A stretch of DNA of 64,000 bases. Origin: a virus (taxonomy: Duplodnaviria > Caudoviricetes). The stretch is taken from positions 373,491 to 437,490 of the IMG/VR virus record IMGVR_UViG_3300021978_000001, one strand, 5' to 3'. Below the pieces are notes generated by a model, which saw nothing but the letters and a program-made list of their open reading frames with translations, searched no databases and was not told where the DNA came from. Shown in pieces: positions 19,300 through 28,735 of the stretch; position 1 is the stretch's first letter; every line of letters starts with the position of its first letter. The position numbers and the translations under genes are program-made.

Positions 19300-20190
19300 A
19301 TGCCGGATAACACGCCCTCTCCTGAGTCTTCTCAGCTTCCTACGTTGCAAGACCGTCGTATTCGTATTGTTCCGCACCTCAAAGGACACAAGGAGGGGGT
19401 GATCTGTTTCGAGACTGGATGTTCGCGTGACGAGGTTTGTGATCTGCATCACTTCGTCTTCGATCATCACGGTTCCGAACACCATCCCTTGTTTTCTCCG
19501 TCTGCGTTGAGGCTGTTTCATGAGCGTTTGATGCTTGGCCAGGCCATGCCTTCTGTCTTGCTGTTGACCCGATGGTATCGCATCGACCAGATCATGGCGT
19601 CTGCGATGTTCATCGAACCCGGTCTCCTCTTGCTTCAAGGCTTTACTAGCCTGGTGCAATCGGTCGATCAGGTCGAGCGGCTGGGTCCTCTCGCCCTGGC
19701 GCATATCCCCTGGGAACACAAGGAATTGATCCGCCTACTCCGTCACGTTACCCGATTGTACAGATCACGTCAAGCACATCAGGAGTCTCTTTCGACACAA
19801 GACCATGAAAACGCATTGACTTTACTCGTGCAATGCACCCAATACATCGCGACCTATCTTATGGAAGGCACCTTGCCTCTCGAACCTGAAACCCCTCCTG
19901 AGCTGGACGTGCTCGCCGCAGGAGAGGGGTTTATCGCGTTTACATGTGAGGAGTGGCCCTGGGATGTGGCGTGGTCGAGTGGCGCGGTGTGGGGTGTGTG
20001 GTTTGGTCCAAGACAAACCGAGGTGCGCGCGAAGTCCACCTTGATCGGGTTGGAGACGCGCGTGGTCACAGAGCGACTCGGGGAGATGTTCACCTATCAG
20101 GATGACATCTCCCCGGGTTGGGTGTCTTCGTCTGTGTTCGAGGACCGGGAAGCTCAGGAAGAGCTGTTGGAAAGGCTACTGGGCTCTTGA
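19300..20190 (+). CDS. hypothetical protein
   Basis: AAGGA RBS; 296 aa; divergent from phosphoesterase. Confidence 0.65.
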   Translation: MPDNTPSPESSQLPTLQDRRIRIVPHLKGHKEGVICFETGCSRDEVCDLHHFVFDHHGSEHHPLFSPSALRLFHERLMLGQAMPSVLLLTRWYRIDQIMASAMFIEPGLLLLQGFTSLVQSVDQVERLGPLALAHIPWEHKELIRLLRHVTRLYRSRQAHQESLSTQDHENALTLLVQCTQYIATYLMEGTLPLEPETPPELDVLAAGEGFIAFTCEEWPWDVAWSSGAVWGVWFGPRQTEVRAKSTLIGLETRVVTERLGEMFTYQDDISPGWVSSSVFEDREAQEELLERLLGS

Positions 20191-20224
20191 AGACGGGCTC
20201 GTGAAGGCAGGTCCTTGACCGCGC

Positions 20225-20356
20225 TCAAATGACTTCGAGGTACTTGAGCCCTGCCATAATCGCGATGATGACCAGGACCAGGAACACCATGACGAGAACC
20301 AGAATCACGATGAAGATCAGAAGTTCGATCAGCGTGAAGCCCTGACGTTGCTTCAT
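20225..20356 (-). CDS. mini-prepilin (type IV pilin N-terminal cleavage/methylation motif only)
   Basis: MKQRQG^FTLIELLIFIVILVLVMVFLVLVIIAIMAGLKYLEVI; 43 aa. Confidence 0.6.
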   Translation of the reverse strand: MKQRQGFTLIELLIFIVILVLVMVFLVLVIIAIMAGLKYLEVI

Positions 20357-20523
20357 CGAGGCAGATAAAGCCTCACGCAATGCGCCAGGCAGCGCGTGAA
20401 GCCTTGCGTACCGTGAATGCGCGGAGAGATGCGCGGAGAGATAAGCGAAGATAGCCAACATGTGTGCTCCTATGAGAGGTGTAAAGGACTCCACCTCCAG
20501 GGTAGCTCGACACATCTTGCTCG

Positions 20524-21321
20524 TCAAGCTCCCTCGAACGCGCGCTTTGCCTGGTTGTAGCCCGACTCGATCAGGGCTTCTGCTTCCTCGCGGTTCATGT
20601 TGAAGTTCAAGCTCCCGGAGCCCGCCTTCAACCCTACCATGCGCGCGTGCACCGCGTCTTCGATGTGCTCTCTCGCGATTGCCCCCATCATGATGTCCAC
20701 GACGCTCATGGCGTAATCCTTGAGCGTCTCGGGTGGTTGTGGCGCTGCGAGGGGCCTGATCTGGAAGCCAAAGACCCCCTCACCCAGCCCATAGATGTCA
20801 AGCGGGAAGTTCGATGCGACGCCGCCGTCAATGTGACGCTCACCCTTGATGCGCGCGGGCCGGAACACGAACGGGATCGAGATCGAGGCGCGCACGGCGT
20901 CTGCCATGTTTACATGGGGTGTGCCCTCAGTGGAGTAGACCATGTGGTTGGGGCCATAGTTGCCCGCGCCATCGAGGTTGACTGTTCCGATGTTGCACGG
21001 GATGTAGGCGTCCCCGAGGGTCGCGACAAACACCTGCTGCATCGCGTGCTTGATGCGGTCCCCTTTGATGAGCCCCCAGTCACACCAGGGCTTCCAGGAC
21101 CAATCCACGAGCTTTTTGGGACCGGGGAGCATGTCGAGCAGCATATCGTTAAGCTGCGGTCCCGGGCTGTATCCCGAGGCAACAGCGGCGGCGATGATGG
21201 CGCCTCCCGAGACACCTGTGATATGCTCGATCTGGTAACCTTGGTCGGCCAAATACCAGAGCGCGCCTGCGTGGAGAGGGTACAGGAGCCCTGCACCTGA
21301 GAGTACGATCTTGAGTTTCAT
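20524..21321 (-). CDS. patatin-like phospholipase
   Basis: VLSGAG, nucleophile GVSGG, AVRASISIPFVF.P, IDGG..SNFP. Confidence 0.9.
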   Translation of the reverse strand: MKLKIVLSGAGLLYPLHAGALWYLADQGYQIEHITGVSGGAIIAAAVASGYSPGPQLNDMLLDMLPGPKKLVDWSWKPWCDWGLIKGDRIKHAMQQVFVATLGDAYIPCNIGTVNLDGAGNYGPNHMVYSTEGTPHVNMADAVRASISIPFVFRPARIKGERHIDGGVASNFPLDIYGLGEGVFGFQIRPLAAPQPPETLKDYAMSVVDIMMGAIAREHIEDAVHARMVGLKAGSGSLNFNMNREEAEALIESGYNQAKRAFEGA

Positions 21322-21322
21322 G

Positions 21323-21757
21323 TCACTCCTCCTCGGTGAGTGTGGCGAGGTCCACATCGACCATGCTGTCTTCCGGGCGGAGTGCAGGGGCAGGGAGTCT
21401 CGCGTTGCTATCCAACTTCCAGGGGTTGCCCTCGCCTTCCTTTTTTATCACGGGGAGCTTGCGCGTCTCTCGAAGCTCCTGCTGACGCGCCTGGGGGAGC
21501 TGTTGGGTCACCTTGAGGGTGTCGCTCAGGCTTTCGCTGTCCAGGCTCGCAGGGGTCTTGTGCTCGTGCCGCTCGAAGGCTTCGCGCCCGCGTTTTTCTC
21601 GCAGGGCCGCACGCCATTCACTCCAGTCCACGAGTTGGTCCTGCTCATCATACCCTATGGTGCGAGAGCTTTCTGCTTGTCGTCTACGTTCACGCAAGGC
21701 GCGCTTTTGCCAGGGCGCAGGCTTGATGATTTGACACAACGGTGCTTTCTTTTTCAT
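21323..21757 (-). CDS. hypothetical protein
   Basis: ATGA overlap with upstream stop (21754). Confidence 0.6.
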   Translation of the reverse strand: MKKKAPLCQIIKPAPWQKRALRERRRQAESSRTIGYDEQDQLVDWSEWRAALREKRGREAFERHEHKTPASLDSESLSDTLKVTQQLPQARQQELRETRKLPVIKKEGEGNPWKLDSNARLPAPALRPEDSMVDVDLATLTEEE

Positions 21758-22881
21758 CCGTCCAGACCATCCTCGAAGCCATAAAAGCTCGCCGTGCAAA
21801 ACGTCCCATCAAACGGCGTGTCGGTATCCAGCTTGACCTTGATGCGGAGACCCTGATCCGCGCGCAAGCGCACGACCGCCTGGTAGTCCCAGGGGAACGT
21901 CAGCACAGGAGAGGTCGAATCTCGCCAGGTCGGGTTCGCGTTGGTGGTGTACGGGATCGTGGCGTAAGCTCCGTTTGCTTCGTTGCAGTAGTCGTAGAAG
22001 CTCTTGTAGGTCGCAGGTGCTCCGAGTTCCACACGATCTGTGGGCTGCAATAGCCCTTGCTCGACGGCATCGGGCGCGAACACAGCGGCATACCCTTCGA
22101 TGAAGAAATGGATCGTGTCACGAATCGAGGTGTCCTGGGTGAATTGAACCTCGACACGGCTCAGGTCGATCTGGCGCCCCTCTTCGGGTTGGATGTAGAA
22201 ATCGGAGGTGGTCGCATGGTAGTAATCAATAGTGACAGCTTGTCCTGCGGTCAGCGCCTCGTGGAAGTGGACGACCCCTGCGGCGTAGTCGATGGTGTAA
22301 TCTCTCTTGAAAGACGGGTCCTGGTTCTCGCCGTATTGCGCGAGCGTTTCTGTCTTGAGATCACCGTCAACGTACACGCGGGGTTGATACGAGGTTCCTT
22401 CTGGAGAGAGGATGCTGTCCTCTTTCCACTGCTTGCCGTGAGTCATGTCGATGAGGTTGACCTGGCTGACGTTGTACGTCTTGTAATCGCCTGCATGCCC
22501 CAGGGCTTCTCCCTCCACCAAAGCCGCGCAGGTGTACCAGGTGGTCGGGTCCGTCCAACGATGGGATACCTTGTTAAAGCGATCGACGCGTGGGGGGTAA
22601 GTCGAAACCGTGATCGAGGGTTGCTTTTTTACAGGCAAGTTACTTGTAGGGGTCAGCGGTTCGCCTGAATGATTGGCAATGATCTCGTCGAGTGCCGCTT
22701 TTTGGGCAGGTTCAAGCTCGACCTTGAAGTGGATGAGGATCGTCGAGCCTTCGAGCTGGATGCCGAGAGGATCGAGCGCGATCGTGATGTCTGGGCTCGC
22801 CTGGATTTCTTTTTCGAGACGTCCCGGATTAGCTTTGTTGTTCGGGGTCGCGTCGAGGTTATAGGTGTAGGTCGTGGCCAT
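21754..22881 (-). CDS. putative virion structural protein
   Basis: TGATG overlap; N-terminal domain shared with 22881..23660. Confidence 0.7.
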   Translation of the reverse strand: MATTYTYNLDATPNNKANPGRLEKEIQASPDITIALDPLGIQLEGSTILIHFKVELEPAQKAALDEIIANHSGEPLTPTSNLPVKKQPSITVSTYPPRVDRFNKVSHRWTDPTTWYTCAALVEGEALGHAGDYKTYNVSQVNLIDMTHGKQWKEDSILSPEGTSYQPRVYVDGDLKTETLAQYGENQDPSFKRDYTIDYAAGVVHFHEALTAGQAVTIDYYHATTSDFYIQPEEGRQIDLSRVEVQFTQDTSIRDTIHFFIEGYAAVFAPDAVEQGLLQPTDRVELGAPATYKSFYDYCNEANGAYATIPYTTNANPTWRDSTSPVLTFPWDYQAVVRLRADQGLRIKVKLDTDTPFDGTFCTASFYGFEDGLDG

Positions 22882-23660
22882 CAGCTTATCCTTTGGATGA
22901 AGAGACGCGCATTTTGGATATAAGCCGTACCGAGAAGCCCCGAGTCCCGGCGCCATTGGATCGCGATTTGATTGACACCGGATAACGTCGCGACCTTGAT
23001 GCCTCCATTGCTTGTCCGCACAGAACGGTAGACTTTCAAGAGGCTCAGGATAAACGTCACGTCGAGCAGGAAAGCGCTCGTTGCCGTGTTCCCATAGGTC
23101 TCACTCGTGGTCAAGTTTCGGAGCCGCGCTTGTGCGATACGGTTGGGGCCTGCGTCTCCACGAAGCTCACAGCTCCAGTAAATCAAGTATGTACCTGCCT
23201 CGAAGTCCTGCATGATACTTGCACGGGTGGCAAAAGTCTCACTCGTGGTTCCTGTTTCCGCATTCACTTCGGTATGCCAATGCTGAGACGTGATGTTGAT
23301 TTGAGCGATAAGCGCGTTGACATTCTCGCCGTTGAGGTCGCCCACGTTGTAGAGGTTGTTATTCTGGAGGTCGAGGTCTTCATCCCATGCTGCGGCCTCT
23401 TCGCTTGCTGTAGTTTCGGGATCTGAAGCGGTATGCGCAGCGATAATGCCATCCAGTTCGGTGACTTCTCCACCTGTCAATGCGGGGTCTGTCCAGACTT
23501 CGATTGAAGTTGGAGGGTTTGACATGTTATCTTCATGCTTCACGTACTCCAGCTTCGCGGCGAAGGTCGAGGCTTCGATCTCTCCACGGAGCTTGGAGAG
23601 GCTGGCGGTACCATCCAACGTATCTGTCGCAATCGTATATGTGTATACGGTAAAACTCAT
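22881..23660 (-). CDS. putative virion fibre/decoration protein
   Basis: T/S/A-rich; DLDLQNNNLYNVG fibre-like motif; beta-rich C-terminus. Confidence 0.65.
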   Translation of the reverse strand: MSFTVYTYTIATDTLDGTASLSKLRGEIEASTFAAKLEYVKHEDNMSNPPTSIEVWTDPALTGGEVTELDGIIAAHTASDPETTASEEAAAWDEDLDLQNNNLYNVGDLNGENVNALIAQINITSQHWHTEVNAETGTTSETFATRASIMQDFEAGTYLIYWSCELRGDAGPNRIAQARLRNLTTSETYGNTATSAFLLDVTFILSLLKVYRSVRTSNGGIKVATLSGVNQIAIQWRRDSGLLGTAYIQNARLFIQRIS

Positions 23661-24493
23661 GCTGATACCCTGTAGAACATGAAATAGCTACGGTCTACGA
23701 AACTATTCGTGCCGTTGGACCCCCCAAACGAGAACGTGATGTTGTATGTCCCGGCGCTCAGGTTAAGAAGGCGGAATCCCGCCGCAAGGAAGCGTTGGTT
23801 GGACCCGAAACCATCCAGGAGACCTCCCGCGTCTTGAGGCTCTTGTCTATGGAAGCTGATCTCCGTGTTGTCGAGAGAGATGCGTGCGATGAAATCCGAG
23901 TTGGTAGAGTTGTAGGCCCATGTGTAGCTGAAGTCCAGCCTGTAAAGACCGTCAACGCTGGCAGTTACACTGAAGCTGTCTCGATCAAACAAACCATCAT
24001 TTGGCGGGGGGTTACCGTTGAAGGGGGCGGATACTCCTTGCTCGGTGGTATTCGTCACCGTGGTTAGGTCGTTGAAACGACCAAGCTCTGCATTCAAGGC
24101 TTCGATCGCACTTTGAACATCGGTCACCCCCAACAGGGTCAAGGCATCATCGTAGTCGATCTCGGCTGCAAGCAGGCCCGGGTCTGCGTTTGCATCACGA
24201 ATGACTAGAGCGTATGGGCCACTATCCGGGAAGGGTACGGTCTGGAGGAAGGACTCGACATCGGCTTGTGCGACATCGGTTGTACCGTCGTTGAGGATAA
24301 GCGTGGAAGAGCCCGCACCAAAGGCGTCATCTTGCGTGAGCACCAGGAGGTTTCGGCTCTCGGAGATCTCTTGCAAGGCGTCCTGGTTGGTGAACGTGAC
24401 CGAACCCCCCGAACCCGGGATAAGGACTCCCAGGTCACTGATAAGGACATCGGTGACCTGGGAGACGTTGGTTTTGATGATCAGGGTGGCCAT
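23657..24493 (-). CDS. putative virion fibre/decoration protein
   Basis: N-terminal ~85 aa paralogous to 24503..25933; L..TDVQSAIEAL fibre motif. Confidence 0.7.
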   Translation of the reverse strand: MATLIIKTNVSQVTDVLISDLGVLIPGSGGSVTFTNQDALQEISESRNLLVLTQDDAFGAGSSTLILNDGTTDVAQADVESFLQTVPFPDSGPYALVIRDANADPGLLAAEIDYDDALTLLGVTDVQSAIEALNAELGRFNDLTTVTNTTEQGVSAPFNGNPPPNDGLFDRDSFSVTASVDGLYRLDFSYTWAYNSTNSDFIARISLDNTEISFHRQEPQDAGGLLDGFGSNQRFLAAGFRLLNLSAGTYNITFSFGGSNGTNSFVDRSYFMFYRVSA

Positions 24494-24502
24494 TCAAGCC
24501 TC

Positions 24503-25933
24503 TTACACGATGGCGAGCACTTCATTCACTTCGACCAGCGCCACCACATTGTCGAACGCGGAACCGAGCGCGATACCTCCCACGCGCTCCATACTCAAGC
24601 TCAACTCGTCTCCTGCGTTGTAAGACACGTTCAAGGCTGTGGAGGCAGCCGTGTCGTTTCCGTTAGGCAAAGACAGGGAGGCCACTTCAGTGCCGTTGAT
24701 CTTGATCGAGAGCTTATAGTTGTTCGAGGTTGGCGCCGTGTCTACTTGCAAGGTCGCAGCAGTGATCACGCCGTTGCGTGGGAGATACAACCCTGCGGCA
24801 CTGGTCGCGACATTGCCTGCGCTCTTCAGGAACCGCACACCGCCCAAGGGTACGCTCAAGTTGGAGCCGAAGGTGATCCACTTTCCAACGTATCGGGAGT
24901 CCTGGAGCGCGGGATTGTTAGCACCCGAGTTTTGCCAAACCCCTGCGTCTGCGTCCCACACGTAAATCGTGTCTTCGTCCCTGGTAACGTGGGTTTCCGA
25001 AGGTTGGAGGGTTGCAGTTGCACGTCCAAAACCAAACGTCTTGACCGCTGGGTCGGCTCCAGGCAACTGAGCGCTCACCGAAGAGGTGTAATCCAGGAGA
25101 CCCTCGAAGCTCACGTACTGCACGTCTGCGGGAGTCGTGAACGTACCGTAGATGCGATCGTCGTAAGAATCTTGAGCCGAGTTGTCGGTACGGTAAATTG
25201 CCACCACACGGGCGTTCAACTGGTCGAGGGCGTCTTCGGTGACGGCGCTCCAGAGCGTCGAGTCTGTGTTGATGGTTGTGGTCAGGTTGTCCATCGTCTC
25301 CAAGGCGTCCGCGCCGATCTCTACATCGAACGCGACCGCTGGAGTTGCAGTGAACGTGAACGTCTCGGTGGTCGTGCCATCCGTGATCACGAGCGTGTCC
25401 CCTTCGGCTGCATTATTGTCCAACCAGAATGGAATCGCTTGAGAGATCGCATCATTGACGGAATCGAGCTGCTCGGTGACGAGGATCAGCTCTTTCCAGG
25501 TGCGGAACCCGCTCGTGCGGTCATCCACGTATTGCTTGTTTGCGGCATCAGACGCATTGACAGGGGTAGGCAGTCCCGTGATCGTCGCGGTGCCGTCGAA
25601 TGTGACGTTATCATCGACTTCACCATCAGCGTTGTTCTTGACTACGCCGAAGTCATTGCTCGCGTCGGGGAGGATGAGCGTGTCGAGGAAGTTCTCGGCA
25701 TCCGCCTGGTCGATGTCTGCGGTGCCGTCATTGAGGATGAGTGTCGAGGAGCCCGCGCCGAAGGCGTCGTCTGTCAAGAGCGTGCGCAGGTTGCGCGACT
25801 CCTGAAGCTCGACAAGCTCATCATTGGATGTGAAGGTGTCTTGACCCCCACCGAGGGGGATGAAGATGCCAACGTCTGCGATCAGGACGTCAGCGCCGGT
25901 ACCTGCATTTGATTTGATAACAAGAGTGGCCAT
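24503..25933 (-). CDS. putative virion fibre protein
   Basis: ITGLPTPVNASDAANKQYVD fibre repeat motif; AAGGAG RBS. Confidence 0.75.
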   Translation of the reverse strand: MATLVIKSNAGTGADVLIADVGIFIPLGGGQDTFTSNDELVELQESRNLRTLLTDDAFGAGSSTLILNDGTADIDQADAENFLDTLILPDASNDFGVVKNNADGEVDDNVTFDGTATITGLPTPVNASDAANKQYVDDRTSGFRTWKELILVTEQLDSVNDAISQAIPFWLDNNAAEGDTLVITDGTTTETFTFTATPAVAFDVEIGADALETMDNLTTTINTDSTLWSAVTEDALDQLNARVVAIYRTDNSAQDSYDDRIYGTFTTPADVQYVSFEGLLDYTSSVSAQLPGADPAVKTFGFGRATATLQPSETHVTRDEDTIYVWDADAGVWQNSGANNPALQDSRYVGKWITFGSNLSVPLGGVRFLKSAGNVATSAAGLYLPRNGVITAATLQVDTAPTSNNYKLSIKINGTEVASLSLPNGNDTAASTALNVSYNAGDELSLSMERVGGIALGSAFDNVVALVEVNEVLAIV

Positions 25934-25954
25934 GGGTGGCTCCTTTTTTGGAAG

Positions 25955-26941
25955 TCAGGCGGCGGTCATCTGAACCGTCACCACGATGTTTTCAAATAGA
26001 CTCTTGCTACTTCCAGACGTGCGTCTTACCTGCACTTGAACACGTTGTCCCGTGATCAGGGGAATCATGACGGCTTGGGTGAGGCTCTGGACCCCTGCTG
26101 GAATGGGCACGCTCGTCATCAAGACCTGGTTCACAAATAGATCAACGGTGTAATCCTGTGTGTCTGTAGCATCGAGAGAGACTCCCACAGCCGAGAACGT
26201 CCCCGCTGCGGGTGCGACCCAGGGCGCGCTCGATGTCACGACCGTTCCTGCTTTCAGATACAAACGCCCGGCTCCCGCAGGGACCGCGATGTCCGAGGTC
26301 AACGTGAGGACGCTGAGTTCCTGGCCACCGCCCGCAGCGGCGGCGTTGGTCAACACCCACCAGTTTCCGAGACCATCTGCTTGCAAGGTCACCGCACCGA
26401 GCGCATCACTCAAAGCATAGGTGCCTGGGACGCCTTCGATGGTGTTCCCCACAGGCGCCGTGATCAGGACGCTGTTGCCATCGAGAGATGTCTTCTTGAT
26501 GGTGATGCGTGTGCCTTCTGGGGTACGCTCCTGGGGGAAGGGTTCGGAGAAGATGTCCGGGAGGTTCACGAGGACATCCCCGCCATCCGTGCTCACCGTG
26601 AGCAAGGTATCATCGGCCTGGACATCATAGGCGGGCACGAATTGCTCGATGCCCTCATCGACTTCGATGTTCTGGAGGATAAAGGCTTCGAGCAAGCCTC
26701 CATCAAGGAAACCCCGGATGCTGCCTTGCTGGTAACTGGTCAGGGTTCGATCGGTCAGGAGGATGTCCACGGTCTCTCGGAAAGGGACGTAGACCGGGAT
26801 CTTTTCATTGTCGCGTTTGTTCTCAGGGGTGTCCAGGTCACTCAGGAAGAGACTACCGCCCGAGACGCCTGTGTGCCGCAAGCGAATGAACTTCGCTCCC
26901 TTGCGGATGGGGTAGGTGTGTGCGTTGATCAGGCCAGGCAT
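25955..26941 (-). CDS. putative virion fibre/head-associated protein
   Basis: V.LP...GTRITIKKT....V.I...GNTIEG fibre module; C-terminal domain similar to 24503..25933. Confidence 0.7.
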   Translation of the reverse strand: MPGLINAHTYPIRKGAKFIRLRHTGVSGGSLFLSDLDTPENKRDNEKIPVYVPFRETVDILLTDRTLTSYQQGSIRGFLDGGLLEAFILQNIEVDEGIEQFVPAYDVQADDTLLTVSTDGGDVLVNLPDIFSEPFPQERTPEGTRITIKKTSLDGNSVLITAPVGNTIEGVPGTYALSDALGAVTLQADGLGNWWVLTNAAAAGGGQELSVLTLTSDIAVPAGAGRLYLKAGTVVTSSAPWVAPAAGTFSAVGVSLDATDTQDYTVDLFVNQVLMTSVPIPAGVQSLTQAVMIPLITGQRVQVQVRRTSGSSKSLFENIVVTVQMTAA

Positions 26942-27079
26942 GGGAGCGTCTATCCTGTGTAGAGTCCAGGTCCTCCGTAGATGGGCGGGAGGTCACACCA
27001 AGGCACTATTACAAGAGGATTAGACGATCCTGTACAGGATTCTTTTGACACTGTAATTATACTGTGGAACTGTATAAAG

Positions 27080-27577
27080 TCACCAAAGACTGGCCAGGGA
27101 TTTCGGGTACCTCTCGCCATAGGCGCCGGGGTAGTAGTAGATACGGATGGGATTCAATCCCGCGTCCATATCAAAACCGAAGCTCTCTGCGGTCCCTCGG
27201 GCGAGATCCATCACCCCTCTCCACTTGCCAGGCTGCCGTCTTCTGAACTTCACAATCCATTCGCCTTCGTGAATCGCACCATAGGGTCCCCGATCATTGA
27301 CGCGGCACCAGGTTCGTGTACCCGTGCGCACATCTTCCACGAGCACGACCGTGTTCAAGGGGATCGAACGCGAGGCACATGTGCGCTTGCTCGGGTCAAA
27401 GTCTTCACCCGTCGCGGTGATTTTCCCGTGCAGACCGCCATCTCCGGTACCCCCTCCATACCAGGACGCCATGCCCCTTTGCTGCAAGGGCATGGGGTCG
27501 ATCTCGGGGACGTCTACTCCCCCTGTTTGCAGCGTGGTGTACATCGCGAACATCACACCGAACTTCACCAGACTCAT
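27080..27577 (-). CDS. RlpA-like (DPBB) lytic transglycosylase
   Basis: GMASWYG...GKITATGE.FD...TCASRSIPLNTVVLVE......CRVNDRGPY; N-terminal hydrophobic segment. Confidence 0.9.
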   Translation of the reverse strand: MSLVKFGVMFAMYTTLQTGGVDVPEIDPMPLQQRGMASWYGGGTGDGGLHGKITATGEDFDPSKRTCASRSIPLNTVVLVEDVRTGTRTWCRVNDRGPYGAIHEGEWIVKFRRRQPGKWRGVMDLARGTAESFGFDMDAGLNPIRIYYYPGAYGERYPKSLASLW

Positions 27578-27739
27578 GACTCTCTCACCTGTTGGGGCAC
27601 CCTTTAAGGTGCGTGTTGTGGCTGTGGTCCCAAATCCCGCGCGGGATAAATGCCCAACCATTCTCGGAACCTAGCCCAACATCAGGTCGAAGTCAAACTT
27701 TTTGGTTCCCAGAAAGCGCATTTGTGCCACGAAAGTTCC

Positions 27740-27768
27740 TTGACCGTCAAGGTCCTGTGGGGTACTAT
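27740..27768 (+). promoter_or_regulatory. sigma70-like promoter with inverted repeat over -35
   Basis: TTGACC-N17-TACTAT; CCTTGAC-C-GTCAAGG palindrome. Confidence 0.6.
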
Positions 27769-27852
27769 AGTGCACCAGCTTGGGCATGAGTCCCTATGGG
27801 GTGCTCAAGTGGTTTTGCCGGACCAAGAAGGAAGAGGGGAGAACATGACAAC

Positions 27853-28464
27853 ATGGCAGGAAAGGTAACTGAGAACGCGAAGAAGTATATCCGAGAGTTG
27901 GTCCTCGCAGGAGAGACCTATGCCGATGTGGCCTCCAAGTTGGAGACTCACTACGACATCAGCATCTCGAAGCAAGCGGTGAGCTACTATGTGGGCAAGA
28001 TGAACTTGCGCGACAAGGCAGCTCAGGTGCGGGAGCAACAGCGACAGGAGCAAGAGCAGCAGTGGCGAGAAGCCCTTATGACCTGGGTCCAGACGGTCCC
28101 CGACAATGAAGTCACGTTGCGCGCAGCCTCGGATCAGGTGGGCGCACCGATTGACTGGACGCGGGACGTGTTGATCGAGATCGGCGCGTATGATGATACG
28201 ACGTTTCGTGAGCGCATTGATGTGGGAGACCTCATGACCCAGTACGTGGTCGATGATCTCTCGCTCTCCGAGCTGCACGAGCGTTACTACGCGGATGTGT
28301 GCATTTCTACCTTGACGCAGACGGTGCGCAAGTTGATGTACGAGTATGGTGTGGAGCCGCGCCCGAAGTCTTGCGCCAACAACGAGGAGCTGCGCTCTTC
28401 ATGGCGTCAGGAAACTCTGGCCAAGCTCGAAGCCAGCGGATGGCAACTTGAGCAGGTTGATTGA
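27853..28464 (+). CDS. putative HTH DNA-binding protein
   Basis: G.TYADVASKL...ISISKQAVSYY helix-turn-helix pattern; further HTH-like segments. Confidence 0.55.
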   Translation: MAGKVTENAKKYIRELVLAGETYADVASKLETHYDISISKQAVSYYVGKMNLRDKAAQVREQQRQEQEQQWREALMTWVQTVPDNEVTLRAASDQVGAPIDWTRDVLIEIGAYDDTTFRERIDVGDLMTQYVVDDLSLSELHERYYADVCISTLTQTVRKLMYEYGVEPRPKSCANNEELRSSWRQETLAKLEASGWQLEQVD

Positions 28465-28484
28465 CATCAGGTCGATTGACATCA
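28455..28484 (+). repeat. 15-bp tandem direct repeat GGT(T/C)GATTGACATCA x2
   Basis: Read directly at the 3' end of the HTH gene. Confidence 0.8.
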
Positions 28485-28589
28485 CAGCACACAGGAAGAC
28501 CACCCCTCCCCTAAGTATATCAGGTCTTACGAATACACGGGCTCTACACCGGGAAACGGCGTAACCCTCGACGACTCTGCCTGAACGTG

Positions 28590-28634
28590 ACCCGCTCTCA
28601 TGGTGTAAACAGCCCTGGAGCGGGTTTTCTTTTT
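28590..28634 (+). terminator. intrinsic terminator-like hairpin
   Basis: ACCCGCTC...GAGCGGGT followed by TTTCTTTTT. Confidence 0.6.
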
Positions 28635-28735
28635 GTATTCTGTTTGTGGGCATAGTCAGTGTCCTCCTCAGATCAGCAAGAGGGGGTTGATGAGCTTTGA
28701 CCAGGTTATCCTATTCCGATAAAGGAGAATCCCCC

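Noticed and set aside
20417-20440. 12-bp tandem duplication ATGCGCGGAGAG
   Set aside because: Only two copies, in a gap with no associated motif; likely slippage.
28530-28580. Purine-riboswitch-like words (CTCTAC...CGTAA...CGAC)
   Set aside because: P2/L2 (ATATGG) and a convincing P3 are absent; kept only as a generic structured-RNA candidate.
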